IMG/VR virus record: IMGVR_UViG_3300043418_000072
Span: 1-64,000 of that record
Length of the DNA: 64,000 nt
Direction: 5' to 3' (one strand)
Of the stretch, positions 47,898 to 57,092 are shown one piece after another; the first letter of the stretch is position 1, and every line of letters starts with the position of its first letter. The notes beneath the pieces are model-generated. The model was given only the letters and a program-made list of their open reading frames with translations. It had not been told where the DNA came from and ran no database searches. The translations under genes were made by a program, and so were the position numbers.

Positions 47898-49275
47898 GAG
47901 CGACTTTATGAGTGCAGCTGATGAGATGAAGGCCAACTTGGGCCCTGCTCTCTGTTTGGCTAAATGGCAACAAGTAAGTCTGCACCTACCAACTGGATTA
48001 AACAACAGTTGCTACCATCCACCATTGCACAAGATCGACCCAGAAGCCATTAAACTTAACCCTGGCGCACTGCATAACACTGAGCACAAAAAGCAACAGC
48101 GTGTGATCATGCTAAAGGATGAAAAGCCTAGCGAGTGCAGCTATTGCTGGAACATTGAAGCACATGATCAACTAAGCGACAGACATTACAGAAGCGGAGA
48201 GCCCTGGGCAGCAGAACACTATGACGAGATCAAAAATTCTACAGGATCCGAAGATACGATTCCAAGTTATGTGGAAGTCAATTTTAATCACGCTTGTAAC
48301 CTTAAGTGTAGTTATTGCAGCCCTCAGTTTAGCAGTAGTTGGGCTGATGAAGTTGCTAGGCACGGAGCATTTCCTACTAGTGTTCCCCATAATGACCCTG
48401 CTCATTTTACGGGTGTTCGACGACCAATCCCTGCTCGTGAAGACAACCCTTATGTTGATGCGTTTTGGGAGTGGTGGCCTGAACTGTACCCTAAACTTAA
48501 ACATTTTAGAATGACAGGCGGCGAGCCACTAATGGACAAGAACACTTACAAGGTGTTTGACTATGTGCTGGCCATGCCCAAGCCTGACCTGCACTTAAAC
48601 GTAACCAGTAACTTCAGTGTAGAGCCCAAGCTAATGGATCAGTACCTTGACTACGTTAAGCGATTGTGCGATACACAAATTGAACACTTCATGCAGTATG
48701 TTAGTTTAGATAGCGGTAACATGGAACAGGCTGAGTACATTCGACATGGCATGACAGCATCTCGTGTTCATAATAATGTGCAGCGTTACCTAACTGATAT
48801 TCCTTATCGCAACAGTCTCACATTCATTATCACAATGAATAATTTAAGCATCGTTGGCTTACAGGCGCAGCTGGATTGGATTCTGGATTTACGAAAACAG
48901 CATAGCACAACTTATCAACGTGTTTGGTTCGACACTCCGTTGTTACGCACACCTAGCTGGCAAAGCATCCAGATCATGCCATGGGTCTATGTCAAGCGTA
49001 TGGAAGATGTACTAAAATGGATGCAAGCAAATGCCGAAACAGCAGACAAACCATTTCAGGGTTTTAAGGACTACGAGATACAACGTATGGCTCGTGACAT
49101 AGAATGGATGAAGGAAGGTAGCACTCTTGACCCTGAATATGTTACACTGCAACGTGCTGACTTTTATCGCTTCTTTAATCACCACGATACGAGACGCGGC
49201 ACTGACTTTAAAACAACATTCCCGGAAATGAAAGAGTTCTGGGACGAATGTAGGTACCATGCCCAGAATCAATAA
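47884..49275 (+). CDS. Radical SAM protein (N-terminal twitch, subfamily A)
   Basis: CNLKCSYC, TGGEP, VTSN. N-terminal CLAKW...SCYH...CSYC. Confidence 0.88.
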   Translation: MTTGKSDFMSAADEMKANLGPALCLAKWQQVSLHLPTGLNNSCYHPPLHKIDPEAIKLNPGALHNTEHKKQQRVIMLKDEKPSECSYCWNIEAHDQLSDRHYRSGEPWAAEHYDEIKNSTGSEDTIPSYVEVNFNHACNLKCSYCSPQFSSSWADEVARHGAFPTSVPHNDPAHFTGVRRPIPAREDNPYVDAFWEWWPELYPKLKHFRMTGGEPLMDKNTYKVFDYVLAMPKPDLHLNVTSNFSVEPKLMDQYLDYVKRLCDTQIEHFMQYVSLDSGNMEQAEYIRHGMTASRVHNNVQRYLTDIPYRNSLTFIITMNNLSIVGLQAQLDWILDLRKQHSTTYQRVWFDTPLLRTPSWQSIQIMPWVYVKRMEDVLKWMQANAETADKPFQGFKDYEIQRMARDIEWMKEGSTLDPEYVTLQRADFYRFFNHHDTRRGTDFKTTFPEMKEFWDECRYHAQNQ

Positions 49276-50608
49276 CGAAACAGACCTAGAATACAAACGC
49301 AGAGTAATCGACATTAAGAGCGAAAGCTTCTGCGGAGCAAAATGGTACAACGCCACTATCTGGTTAGGTAGTGGTCAAACCACTAGTTGCCATCATCCGT
49401 TGCCACATGCAATCGATGTAAGCGAGCTATCATCTAACCCCAAAGCATTGCACAACACTACCAAGAAGAAAATGGAACGTGAGCAGATGCAAAAGGGAGA
49501 ACGTCCTGCAGGTTGTGAATACTGCTGGAAGATTGAAGATATGGGCAAAGACGCAGTAAGCGACCGTGTTTACAAAACAGTTATATATGACGATAAGGAT
49601 TTGAATTATGCTTTTAGTACCCCAGCCAGCACCGATGTGGATTTGCAAACTTTGGAAATTGCTTTCGACCGCACTTGTCAGTTTGCATGTAGCTACTGCA
49701 ATCCTGCTTTTAGCAGCACTTGGGTTAAAGACATTAGGAATAACGGGGCCTATAACGGATTGGTTAGTGACGGACGAAATCACTTTACTCATGCTCATGA
49801 TAGCTCTCAACTGTATCGCTTCGGTCAAGCTAATCCTTATGTGGACGCCTTTCACAAGTGGTGGGAAAGCGATCTCCACAGAACACTAAAGGAACTACGC
49901 ATTACTGGCGGCGAGCCGTTAATGTCAGGTGAGACTTGGAAGCTAATTGACTGGTTTAAGACTAATAACGGCAAGAGCAAGACACGTCTGGCTATTAACA
50001 GTAACTTAGGCACAGAGGTAGATATTGATCGTTTGCTCGATGCCATTGATGGAGTAGAAGTTGACTTGTACACTAGCAACGAATCTATTGGCTTGCAGTC
50101 TGAGTACATCCGTGATGGTATTAACTTTGGGGACTGGACTAACAACGTAGAGCGTTTACTGGCTAGTGGCAAGTTCCGTGGCCTGCATGTGATGTGTACT
50201 ATTAACGCACTATGTCTTACTAGCTTAGACAGCTTCCTTGAAATGTTGTTAGCATGGAAGAGTAGGTATGGTAAGGACTCGATTAACTTTTCGCTAAATA
50301 TTTTACGATTCCCAAGTTTTCAAAGCCCGTTGGTATTACCCGACGAACTACGCACCCAATACAGAACAAATCTCAGCAACTTCTATCAAGCTCACAAAGA
50401 CACTGGCGTGTGCCACGGATTTGAAATTGATCAATTGAAACGACTAATTGATTACCTTGATGTAATGATAACTCCACATGCAGGTGCGGCAGAGCAATCA
50501 GTGCTACAACAGGACTTTAAAAACTTCTTTGCACAGTACGATCAACGCAGGGGCAAAGACTTCTGCAACACATTCCCTGAGCTAGCAGCTTGGTATAATC
50601 AACTATAA
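49259..50608 (+). CDS. Radical SAM protein (N-terminal twitch, subfamily A)
   Basis: CQFACSYC, TGGEP, INSN. N-terminal FCGAKW...SCHH...CEYC. Confidence 0.88.
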   Translation: MPRINNETDLEYKRRVIDIKSESFCGAKWYNATIWLGSGQTTSCHHPLPHAIDVSELSSNPKALHNTTKKKMEREQMQKGERPAGCEYCWKIEDMGKDAVSDRVYKTVIYDDKDLNYAFSTPASTDVDLQTLEIAFDRTCQFACSYCNPAFSSTWVKDIRNNGAYNGLVSDGRNHFTHAHDSSQLYRFGQANPYVDAFHKWWESDLHRTLKELRITGGEPLMSGETWKLIDWFKTNNGKSKTRLAINSNLGTEVDIDRLLDAIDGVEVDLYTSNESIGLQSEYIRDGINFGDWTNNVERLLASGKFRGLHVMCTINALCLTSLDSFLEMLLAWKSRYGKDSINFSLNILRFPSFQSPLVLPDELRTQYRTNLSNFYQAHKDTGVCHGFEIDQLKRLIDYLDVMITPHAGAAEQSVLQQDFKNFFAQYDQRRGKDFCNTFPELAAWYNQL

Positions 50609-50640
50609 TTCACTATAATTCACTATAATTCACTATAATG
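50592..50640 (+). repeat. 10-bp tandem repeat (ACTATAATTC) spanning a stop-start junction
   Basis: Three exact units at 50602-50631, a partial unit ending in the ATG, and one degenerate upstream unit. Five TATAAT hexamers at a 10-bp period. Confidence 0.95.
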
Positions 50641-51954
50641 GCAGATAACCTAAACGACTACTACAAAGATTACAACTACGGCGCACGTAAGCCGGTGTAC
50701 ATCAAAGAAGAAGACCTACGCACGGATCAGCTCGATCGACTAATTAAGAGCGATCAGTTCTGCATGATTCCCTGGATCCACATGCACGCCTTTCCTGACG
50801 GTCGTGCATATCCTTGCTGCCTGAGCGAGCCAGACCATCCAATTGGTAATCTTAAAACGCAAACCATGCGTGAGATTTGGAACGATGCTCCGCTAAAGGA
50901 CATGCGTAAACGTATGCTACTAAATCAACCTTGCAAGGAATGTACCAAGTGCTATGAGCAAGAAGATAGCAAACTGTTTAGTATGCGTGAAAGTGCTAAC
51001 AAGAACTTCGGGCACCACATTGGATTAGTTGACGACACAAAAGAGGATGGACAATATGATGACTTTAAATTGCGCTACTATGATATTCGCTTTAGCAACC
51101 TTTGTAACTTTAGCTGCCGTACCTGCGGTAGCATCTTTTCAAGTAGTTGGTATAGAGATGAAAAAGCAGCTGGATGGGATCCAAAACACCCTCAAGTGAT
51201 GTATGCTGGTAAAGACAAAGGCGACATGTGGGAGCAGATGCAAGAGCATATCCCACATTTGGAACAAATCTACTGGGCAGGTGGCGAACCGCTTATTATG
51301 GAAGAACACTGGAAGGTACTTGACGAACTAGTTAAGCGCAAGATGTTCCACGTGCGACTGATCTATAACACTAACTTTAGCGAAATGAAGTTTAAAGGTC
51401 GTGACGTATTCGAAATGTGGAAACTGTTTGATTGTGTTAGCGTTGGTGCTAGCTTAGATGGCAGCTATGAGCGCGGCGAGTACATCCGCAAAGGACAAGA
51501 TTGGCAGCAAACCGTTGACAACCGCAAGCGCATGATTGAAGTATGCCCTAACGTAGACTTTTACGTTAGTAGTACAGTAAGCATGATGAACGTGTTGCAT
51601 ATTGCAGACTTTCACCGAGAGTGGAGCGACCTTGGTCTAGTACGCCCAATGGATTGGAACATCAACATCCTACAACATCCGCATCGTTATCGTGTTGATG
51701 TGTTGCCTCAGCATTTGAAAGAGCAAGCCAAAGCAAAGATTGAAGAACACTTACAGTGGCTACGCCCGCAAGACAAACTAAGCAGAGCCACTAGCGGTTA
51801 CGAAGGTATTATTAACTTCATGATGGCAAACGATAGCACAAGCCAATTGCCCGAGTTCTTTAAGAACAATGACTTGATTGATAATGTACGCAAGGAAAAC
51901 TTCTTTGCCGTATTCCCGGAACTTGGAGACCTAAAGAACTATGCACCTACCTAA
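50638..51954 (+). CDS. Radical SAM protein (N-terminal twitch, subfamily B)
   Basis: CNFSCRTC, AGGEP, YNTN, ASLDG. N-terminal FCMIPW...PCC...CTKC. Confidence 0.9.
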   Translation: MADNLNDYYKDYNYGARKPVYIKEEDLRTDQLDRLIKSDQFCMIPWIHMHAFPDGRAYPCCLSEPDHPIGNLKTQTMREIWNDAPLKDMRKRMLLNQPCKECTKCYEQEDSKLFSMRESANKNFGHHIGLVDDTKEDGQYDDFKLRYYDIRFSNLCNFSCRTCGSIFSSSWYRDEKAAGWDPKHPQVMYAGKDKGDMWEQMQEHIPHLEQIYWAGGEPLIMEEHWKVLDELVKRKMFHVRLIYNTNFSEMKFKGRDVFEMWKLFDCVSVGASLDGSYERGEYIRKGQDWQQTVDNRKRMIEVCPNVDFYVSSTVSMMNVLHIADFHREWSDLGLVRPMDWNINILQHPHRYRVDVLPQHLKEQAKAKIEEHLQWLRPQDKLSRATSGYEGIINFMMANDSTSQLPEFFKNNDLIDNVRKENFFAVFPELGDLKNYAPT

Positions 51955-53149
51955 GACTATTTGTATGCTGCCGTGGGTTAGTATTGAGACTAGCCCAATG
52001 GGAACCACACGCCCATGTTGTCTCGCACAAGAGCAGATCACAGACGAAAACGGGGTCAAGTACGATCTTAATGAAACAGACTTAGCAACAGTGTACAAGA
52101 GCGAATACATGCAGAATCTGCGTAGACAATTCCGTGCAGGTGAAAAGCCTGCAACATGTAGTGACTGCTGGAAAGAAGAAGAAATTGGTCGCAACAGCAA
52201 ACGTATCAACAGCCAGATTCGACTAAAGGAATTGTACCCGCTCGTGGACTGGGCCAACGACACGCCAGACCAGCTGTGGTTCATTGACTTAAAGTTAGGC
52301 AACATCTGTAACTTAAAATGCCGTATCTGCGGAAGCTGGAGCAGCAGCAAGTGGGCAGAGGAAGAAATGAATTACATGCCTGCAGGCGCAGACAAGAAAC
52401 AACATATCGCATACCAGTGGTTAAAGAAAGGCGCATGGCCACGCAAGACCACAACGTTCTGGGACAACCTCAGAGAGATGCTACCTAACATCAAATACTT
52501 TGAGTTCACTGGCGGAGAACCATGGTTGATTCAAGAGCACTTTGATCTATTGCGTTATGCAGCCGACAACGGCTTTGCAAAGGGTATTGATATTCACTAC
52601 AATACAAATGCTACCCAATGGCCCGAAAATGCAGTAGATCTATGGAAAGAGTTTGGTCGTGTGGATATTGCATTTAGCGTTGATAACGTAGGTGATCGGT
52701 TTGAATATGAACGCTACGGCGCTAAGTGGGATCGAGCAAACGAAGTAATTGATGCAGCACATCAACTGCGCCGAGTGCAGAAGAATATTACAACTCAGCT
52801 ATGTTTTACAATCAACATTCAAAACGTTTATTACATCGATGAATTGCTAGCTTGGGCTGCACCTAAGATGTTTAACAGCATCCACTTCAACATGTTACAT
52901 AGCCCTAACCATATGAGCGTACAATACATGACACCCGCAGCACAAGAGCTGGTTGTTGCTAAACTGCAATCAGTAACATGGCCGGGTCGTTATCAGCAAG
53001 AAGTTGACAACGTAGTTAGGTTTATACAAAATGGGCAGGGCAGTGATGGTGCAGAATTCCTGCGCCAAATGCAGCGCACAGACGAATACCGCAAGCAAGA
53101 CTTTAGAACAACTCACTTAGACATCGCAAAGGCAATGGGGTATGAATAA
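51941..53149 (+). CDS. Radical SAM protein (N-terminal twitch, subfamily B)
   Basis: CNLKCRIC, TGGEP, YNTN, FSVD. N-terminal ICMLPW...PCC...CSDC. Confidence 0.9.
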   Translation: MHLPKTICMLPWVSIETSPMGTTRPCCLAQEQITDENGVKYDLNETDLATVYKSEYMQNLRRQFRAGEKPATCSDCWKEEEIGRNSKRINSQIRLKELYPLVDWANDTPDQLWFIDLKLGNICNLKCRICGSWSSSKWAEEEMNYMPAGADKKQHIAYQWLKKGAWPRKTTTFWDNLREMLPNIKYFEFTGGEPWLIQEHFDLLRYAADNGFAKGIDIHYNTNATQWPENAVDLWKEFGRVDIAFSVDNVGDRFEYERYGAKWDRANEVIDAAHQLRRVQKNITTQLCFTINIQNVYYIDELLAWAAPKMFNSIHFNMLHSPNHMSVQYMTPAAQELVVAKLQSVTWPGRYQQEVDNVVRFIQNGQGSDGAEFLRQMQRTDEYRKQDFRTTHLDIAKAMGYE

Positions 53150-54446
53150 ACCTGCCACTATGTGCCTTGCACCTTGGGTACATACATATCTAAGTCCACA
53201 AACAGAACGCAGAATGTGTTGCGCTAGCCGCGAACCTGCACAAAATTTTCAACAGTATATCGACGTTTCAGCGGGTACAGGACGTTATATACCAATAACT
53301 CTAGAAGAACACTGGAATAGCGAGCACATGCGGTCGGTCCGTCGTCGCATGATTGCTGGGGAAACCCTACCAGAGTGTGAAGTATGTAATGATAAACTGT
53401 TGAATACTTCCGTTTACCGCAGCTATTTTGACCATATGTTCGGGCATAAGTATGATTACAATGTTGTAATAAACGCAACGGACGAGACGGGCTACACTAC
53501 AATGAAACCCGTTAGCTGGGATTACAGGTTTACCAATCTGTGTAATTTCAAATGCCGTATGTGTGGTGACATGTTAAGTAGTAGTTGGGAGACAGAGCAA
53601 AGACAGCATAACATGATAGATTGGTCTAATCCAAAGAATACTTGGATGCAACCTGAAGTCAAAAAACAAATTGAGCAATTTCAAGATAGAGAAATTGAGG
53701 CAGAGTTTAGTCAAGCCGTCGAAGAACACCGTGTTGAAGAAGTCTACTGGGTTGGCGGAGAACCGCTCATGTATGAACAACACTGGCGCTATATGCAACG
53801 CATCATAGAACTAGGAGATGGCCAAAATGTCTATGCACGATATAATACAAATCTTTCTCGAACTACTTATCGTGGTGTTAACTTGTACACTGATATCCTT
53901 GCTAATATACGGGATTGGCAAATATGTGCAAGTCTTGACGGTACGGGACCAATTGGCGAATACATTAGAACAGGCCTTGATTACCCTAGATGGCTTGAAA
54001 ACTTCCGTGCAGGAATTGCGATCCAGCGTCACCGTCGACAAATGCGAATCGACTTTACCCTTACCTTGCCGGGTATGTTCGAGCTCGAATCCATGCAAAG
54101 ACTGTCCCAAGAACTCAACGTTGACCTCCTTGCCAAAGTAATTTTTAGTTTCAGCCCGGACATAGTTATGTCACCTTTAGCCCTACCTAGACATCTACTA
54201 GATGAATGGATAGATGAACAACTTAACTTAATCAGTAACGATCCGTTAAAGGATATCTTAGTCCAGCTGAAAACTAGACCCACTTTTGCTGAACAATGGC
54301 CCAATGAATATCAAGATGGACTAAAGCGTGGCAAAGCTCGTATCAAAAAACTTGAACAAATTCGCAATGACCAGTATACTATGAGAGATATACTTGCAGA
54401 CAGACCTGCGGTATTAGAATGGTGGGACTCAATTGGGATATCGTGA
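53142..54446 (+). CDS. Radical SAM protein (N-terminal twitch, subfamily B)
   Basis: CNFKCRMC, VGGEP, YNTN, ASLDG. N-terminal MCLAPW...MCC...CEVC. Confidence 0.9.
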   Translation: MNKPATMCLAPWVHTYLSPQTERRMCCASREPAQNFQQYIDVSAGTGRYIPITLEEHWNSEHMRSVRRRMIAGETLPECEVCNDKLLNTSVYRSYFDHMFGHKYDYNVVINATDETGYTTMKPVSWDYRFTNLCNFKCRMCGDMLSSSWETEQRQHNMIDWSNPKNTWMQPEVKKQIEQFQDREIEAEFSQAVEEHRVEEVYWVGGEPLMYEQHWRYMQRIIELGDGQNVYARYNTNLSRTTYRGVNLYTDILANIRDWQICASLDGTGPIGEYIRTGLDYPRWLENFRAGIAIQRHRRQMRIDFTLTLPGMFELESMQRLSQELNVDLLAKVIFSFSPDIVMSPLALPRHLLDEWIDEQLNLISNDPLKDILVQLKTRPTFAEQWPNEYQDGLKRGKARIKKLEQIRNDQYTMRDILADRPAVLEWWDSIGIS

Positions 54447-54642
54447 ACGCTTAGACAGACTATATCACTCTCATGCAAAAACTCTCCAAGGGTTCGAGAG
54501 AGTAACCGAATTGCTCCAACAGGAATATCCGGGCAACTATCGAGTGCATGAGGCATTTGTCCCGTCTAAGATGAGTTGGGGACCACGATTGGTATTTGAG
54601 GACGAACAAGAAGAAATTGTGTTTCGATTAAAGTATGAATAA
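54433..54642 (+). CDS. Small hypothetical protein
   Basis: 69 aa ORF overlapping both neighbours. Confidence 0.6.
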   Translation: MGYRERLDRLYHSHAKTLQGFERVTELLQQEYPGNYRVHEAFVPSKMSWGPRLVFEDEQEEIVFRLKYE

Positions 54643-55723
54643 AGTAACAGTAACCCTGCAAAACCCCTTAGACAAAAGCGACACGTTAGATTACTACATC
54701 AACGTAAACGATACTCCAATGGGCAAACTGTGGTTCGAAGCATTGCAGGATGTAGTGCAGCGTAATCTATATCTTGAAAAGAACTTTTGCTTTTTGGGAT
54801 TTCCTGACAGCCAACGTGACTTGCGTTTTATTTGCCAAGAACTGTTTTGGGCAGTAAATGAGATTAACAGTTTCTTTGACGACTATCATATCGAAGAATT
54901 GTATACTCATACCACATTACGTGATCCAGTTACACTCGATCCCAACCAAGACTTGATGAACAAGTTGCATAATCATTTTGAGATACTGCAAGGCACTGTT
55001 AACGGACTTAGTGAATATTACAAGCGGGCAGACTACACTACAAAGTTTGCTATCCGCCAACTAAACTTACTATGCCACGAAGCAGAAAGTTTAATGTTAA
55101 GCCAGCGTAAAAAAGCAACAGCGCCAGAGTGGGTACGCCCTAGCCAAATCACAACCTTTTTAAATTGTCCACGATATGAATTCCCAGGAATATGTAAAAC
55201 TGCTTTTAGCGAACATAACTACGATCGACGCTTTGGGGAAGTCTACTTACATTGGACACAGATTGGCAAAACACTGTTTGAAGTTTATAGAGATGAGGCG
55301 GGAGTCGATATTGACCAGGCCACTTGTGATGCTATTACTCACCTACGTTACTATAGCGGGGAGTTTGACATTGAATGGGCGCAAGATGTATGCTTTAATG
55401 GTCCGCATCCTTGGCACACCCGAGAGCTTACAGGATTTAGGGATTGGCTTGTCCGTAACGGATTCGACTTACATGACACGCAATATAACTATGGATACCA
55501 TTCAGTGGGCCAAGTTTCGTTGCAAGAAAGTTTTGGCACAACTGATTACGCCAACATATGGCCCATCCTCTCTAAATACCTTGACATACAGGGGATCACT
55601 ACAGATGACGGGCGAGGGAATGTACTACGCTCCCTATATCCCTACACTTGGACAGACCAAGACTACTACCAACAACAAATCAACCGTTTAAAGCCTGGAT
55701 ATGATTATAGCAGCAGGCGATAG
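54635..55723 (+). CDS. Hypothetical protein with His/Glu motifs
   Basis: 362 aa ORF containing LHNHFE and NLLCHEAE; family not recognised. Confidence 0.65.
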   Translation: MNKVTVTLQNPLDKSDTLDYYINVNDTPMGKLWFEALQDVVQRNLYLEKNFCFLGFPDSQRDLRFICQELFWAVNEINSFFDDYHIEELYTHTTLRDPVTLDPNQDLMNKLHNHFEILQGTVNGLSEYYKRADYTTKFAIRQLNLLCHEAESLMLSQRKKATAPEWVRPSQITTFLNCPRYEFPGICKTAFSEHNYDRRFGEVYLHWTQIGKTLFEVYRDEAGVDIDQATCDAITHLRYYSGEFDIEWAQDVCFNGPHPWHTRELTGFRDWLVRNGFDLHDTQYNYGYHSVGQVSLQESFGTTDYANIWPILSKYLDIQGITTDDGRGNVLRSLYPYTWTDQDYYQQQINRLKPGYDYSSRR

Positions 55724-56525
55724 TTTTGTTTATGGCAGTGAGCTAGCAAGCCCTGCCAATACCTTTACAGCATTGTTAGGCGCAGACGAGTGCGTTGCAT
55801 GGCCAGGATATAGCAACGATGCTATTGCCCGCACCACCATTGAACGTTGCGAGCAAGGCGGGGTAACTGGTGTAATCGTTAGCTGGACATTTCCCGGTCG
55901 TTACGAGTTTAGATTTGCATACGATACAAAGCAACGCAAAAGTCCATGGTACAGCATTAACTCGTGGACGATAAAACAAGATGCAAGAGAAATTGAAAAA
56001 GAATTCGTTACTAAGGATAAGGCTATTCTGGATGCCCAGCTGGAGACCATCGGCAGAGCGCAGACGACTGGTGTTGCAGATTTTGCAAGAACGTTCTACG
56101 CACACGTGGGTTCTACGGAATATTGGGAAGTGTATTCAAGTCTTAAAGAAATTGTGTACCTTCAAAATTACCTTCAAGTAAAAGGCATTCCCTACATGTT
56201 TACTTGTGCAGACAATAGCTTGATCTATAACTACACCGTTAGCCAAAACGATCCTACTATTATGAGTCTTGTAAACCAAATTGATTTGTTGAAATGGTAT
56301 TGGTTTCCTGCAGGAACTAAGTTTAATGAAACATGCGACCCAAGAGGTTTCTATCAGTGGGCAAAGGAAAATAAATACCCTATAGGCACCACACATCCGC
56401 TAGAGCAAGCGCACAGTGACGCAGCCCTATTAATGAAAGAACAATTCAATGAACTGGTTAAAAAGTCTGTACAACAGAATCCGTCTAGAGATTCGTTACC
56501 GCAAGAAACTCAAGGAATTGCGTAA
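55701..56525 (+). CDS. SGNH/GDSL-like hydrolase or acyltransferase
   Basis: AAGDSFVYG, AWPGYSNDAI and C-terminal THPLEQAH. Confidence 0.65.
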   Translation: MIIAAGDSFVYGSELASPANTFTALLGADECVAWPGYSNDAIARTTIERCEQGGVTGVIVSWTFPGRYEFRFAYDTKQRKSPWYSINSWTIKQDAREIEKEFVTKDKAILDAQLETIGRAQTTGVADFARTFYAHVGSTEYWEVYSSLKEIVYLQNYLQVKGIPYMFTCADNSLIYNYTVSQNDPTIMSLVNQIDLLKWYWFPAGTKFNETCDPRGFYQWAKENKYPIGTTHPLEQAHSDAALLMKEQFNELVKKSVQQNPSRDSLPQETQGIA

Positions 56526-56546
56526 GCGCGATCCATTTATATACAA

Positions 56547-57092
56547 ATGATGTTTGTTAACGGTGACAGCTTTACATACGGGGAAGAACTACCACACGAC
56601 CAAAAACCGTGGCCACAGTTATTAGACTGCCCTGTTATGAATAGAGCTCAGCCGGGCTATAGCAATGATGCAATCGTTAAGTCTACGGTGGTTGCAGTAG
56701 AGAATAATTACCCAACCTATGCAATCATTGCTTGGACTACACCTAATAGGATAGAAGTAAACGGACAACACCTTACTCCAAGTAGTCATAGAAAGTATGG
56801 ATCGATTTGCGATCATGTATTCTTGGATTGGGACGAAGAATGGGCCATAACAAAGTTTTTAACGCAAGTGGTAATGTTAGATGCGTACTTGCGTGATCGC
56901 AATGTACCTTATGTATTTGTAAGAACGTTCGATGTTCCTAATTGCAAGGTAGGCAATTGGATACCGGGCAGTATGGTAGAATGGATGGGCGATTGCCCTA
57001 AAGGACCCGGCGGGCATCCGCTAGAGCTAGGTCATCAAAGAATAGCAGATAAAATAAATGAACATATTAGGCATCTCGGCTGGTTATCATGA
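56547..57092 (+). CDS. SGNH/GDSL-like hydrolase or acyltransferase paralogue
   Basis: VNGDSFTYG, NRAQPGYSNDAI and GHPLELGH. Confidence 0.65.
   Translation: MMFVNGDSFTYGEELPHDQKPWPQLLDCPVMNRAQPGYSNDAIVKSTVVAVENNYPTYAIIAWTTPNRIEVNGQHLTPSSHRKYGSICDHVFLDWDEEWAITKFLTQVVMLDAYLRDRNVPYVFVRTFDVPNCKVGNWIPGSMVEWMGDCPKGPGGHPLELGHQRIADKINEHIRHLGWLS

Noticed and set aside
47884-54642. RiPP biosynthetic cluster
   Set aside because: No convincing precursor peptide, RRE/PqqD domain, protease or transporter. The sugar-enzyme context fits better, though a peptide substrate is not excluded.
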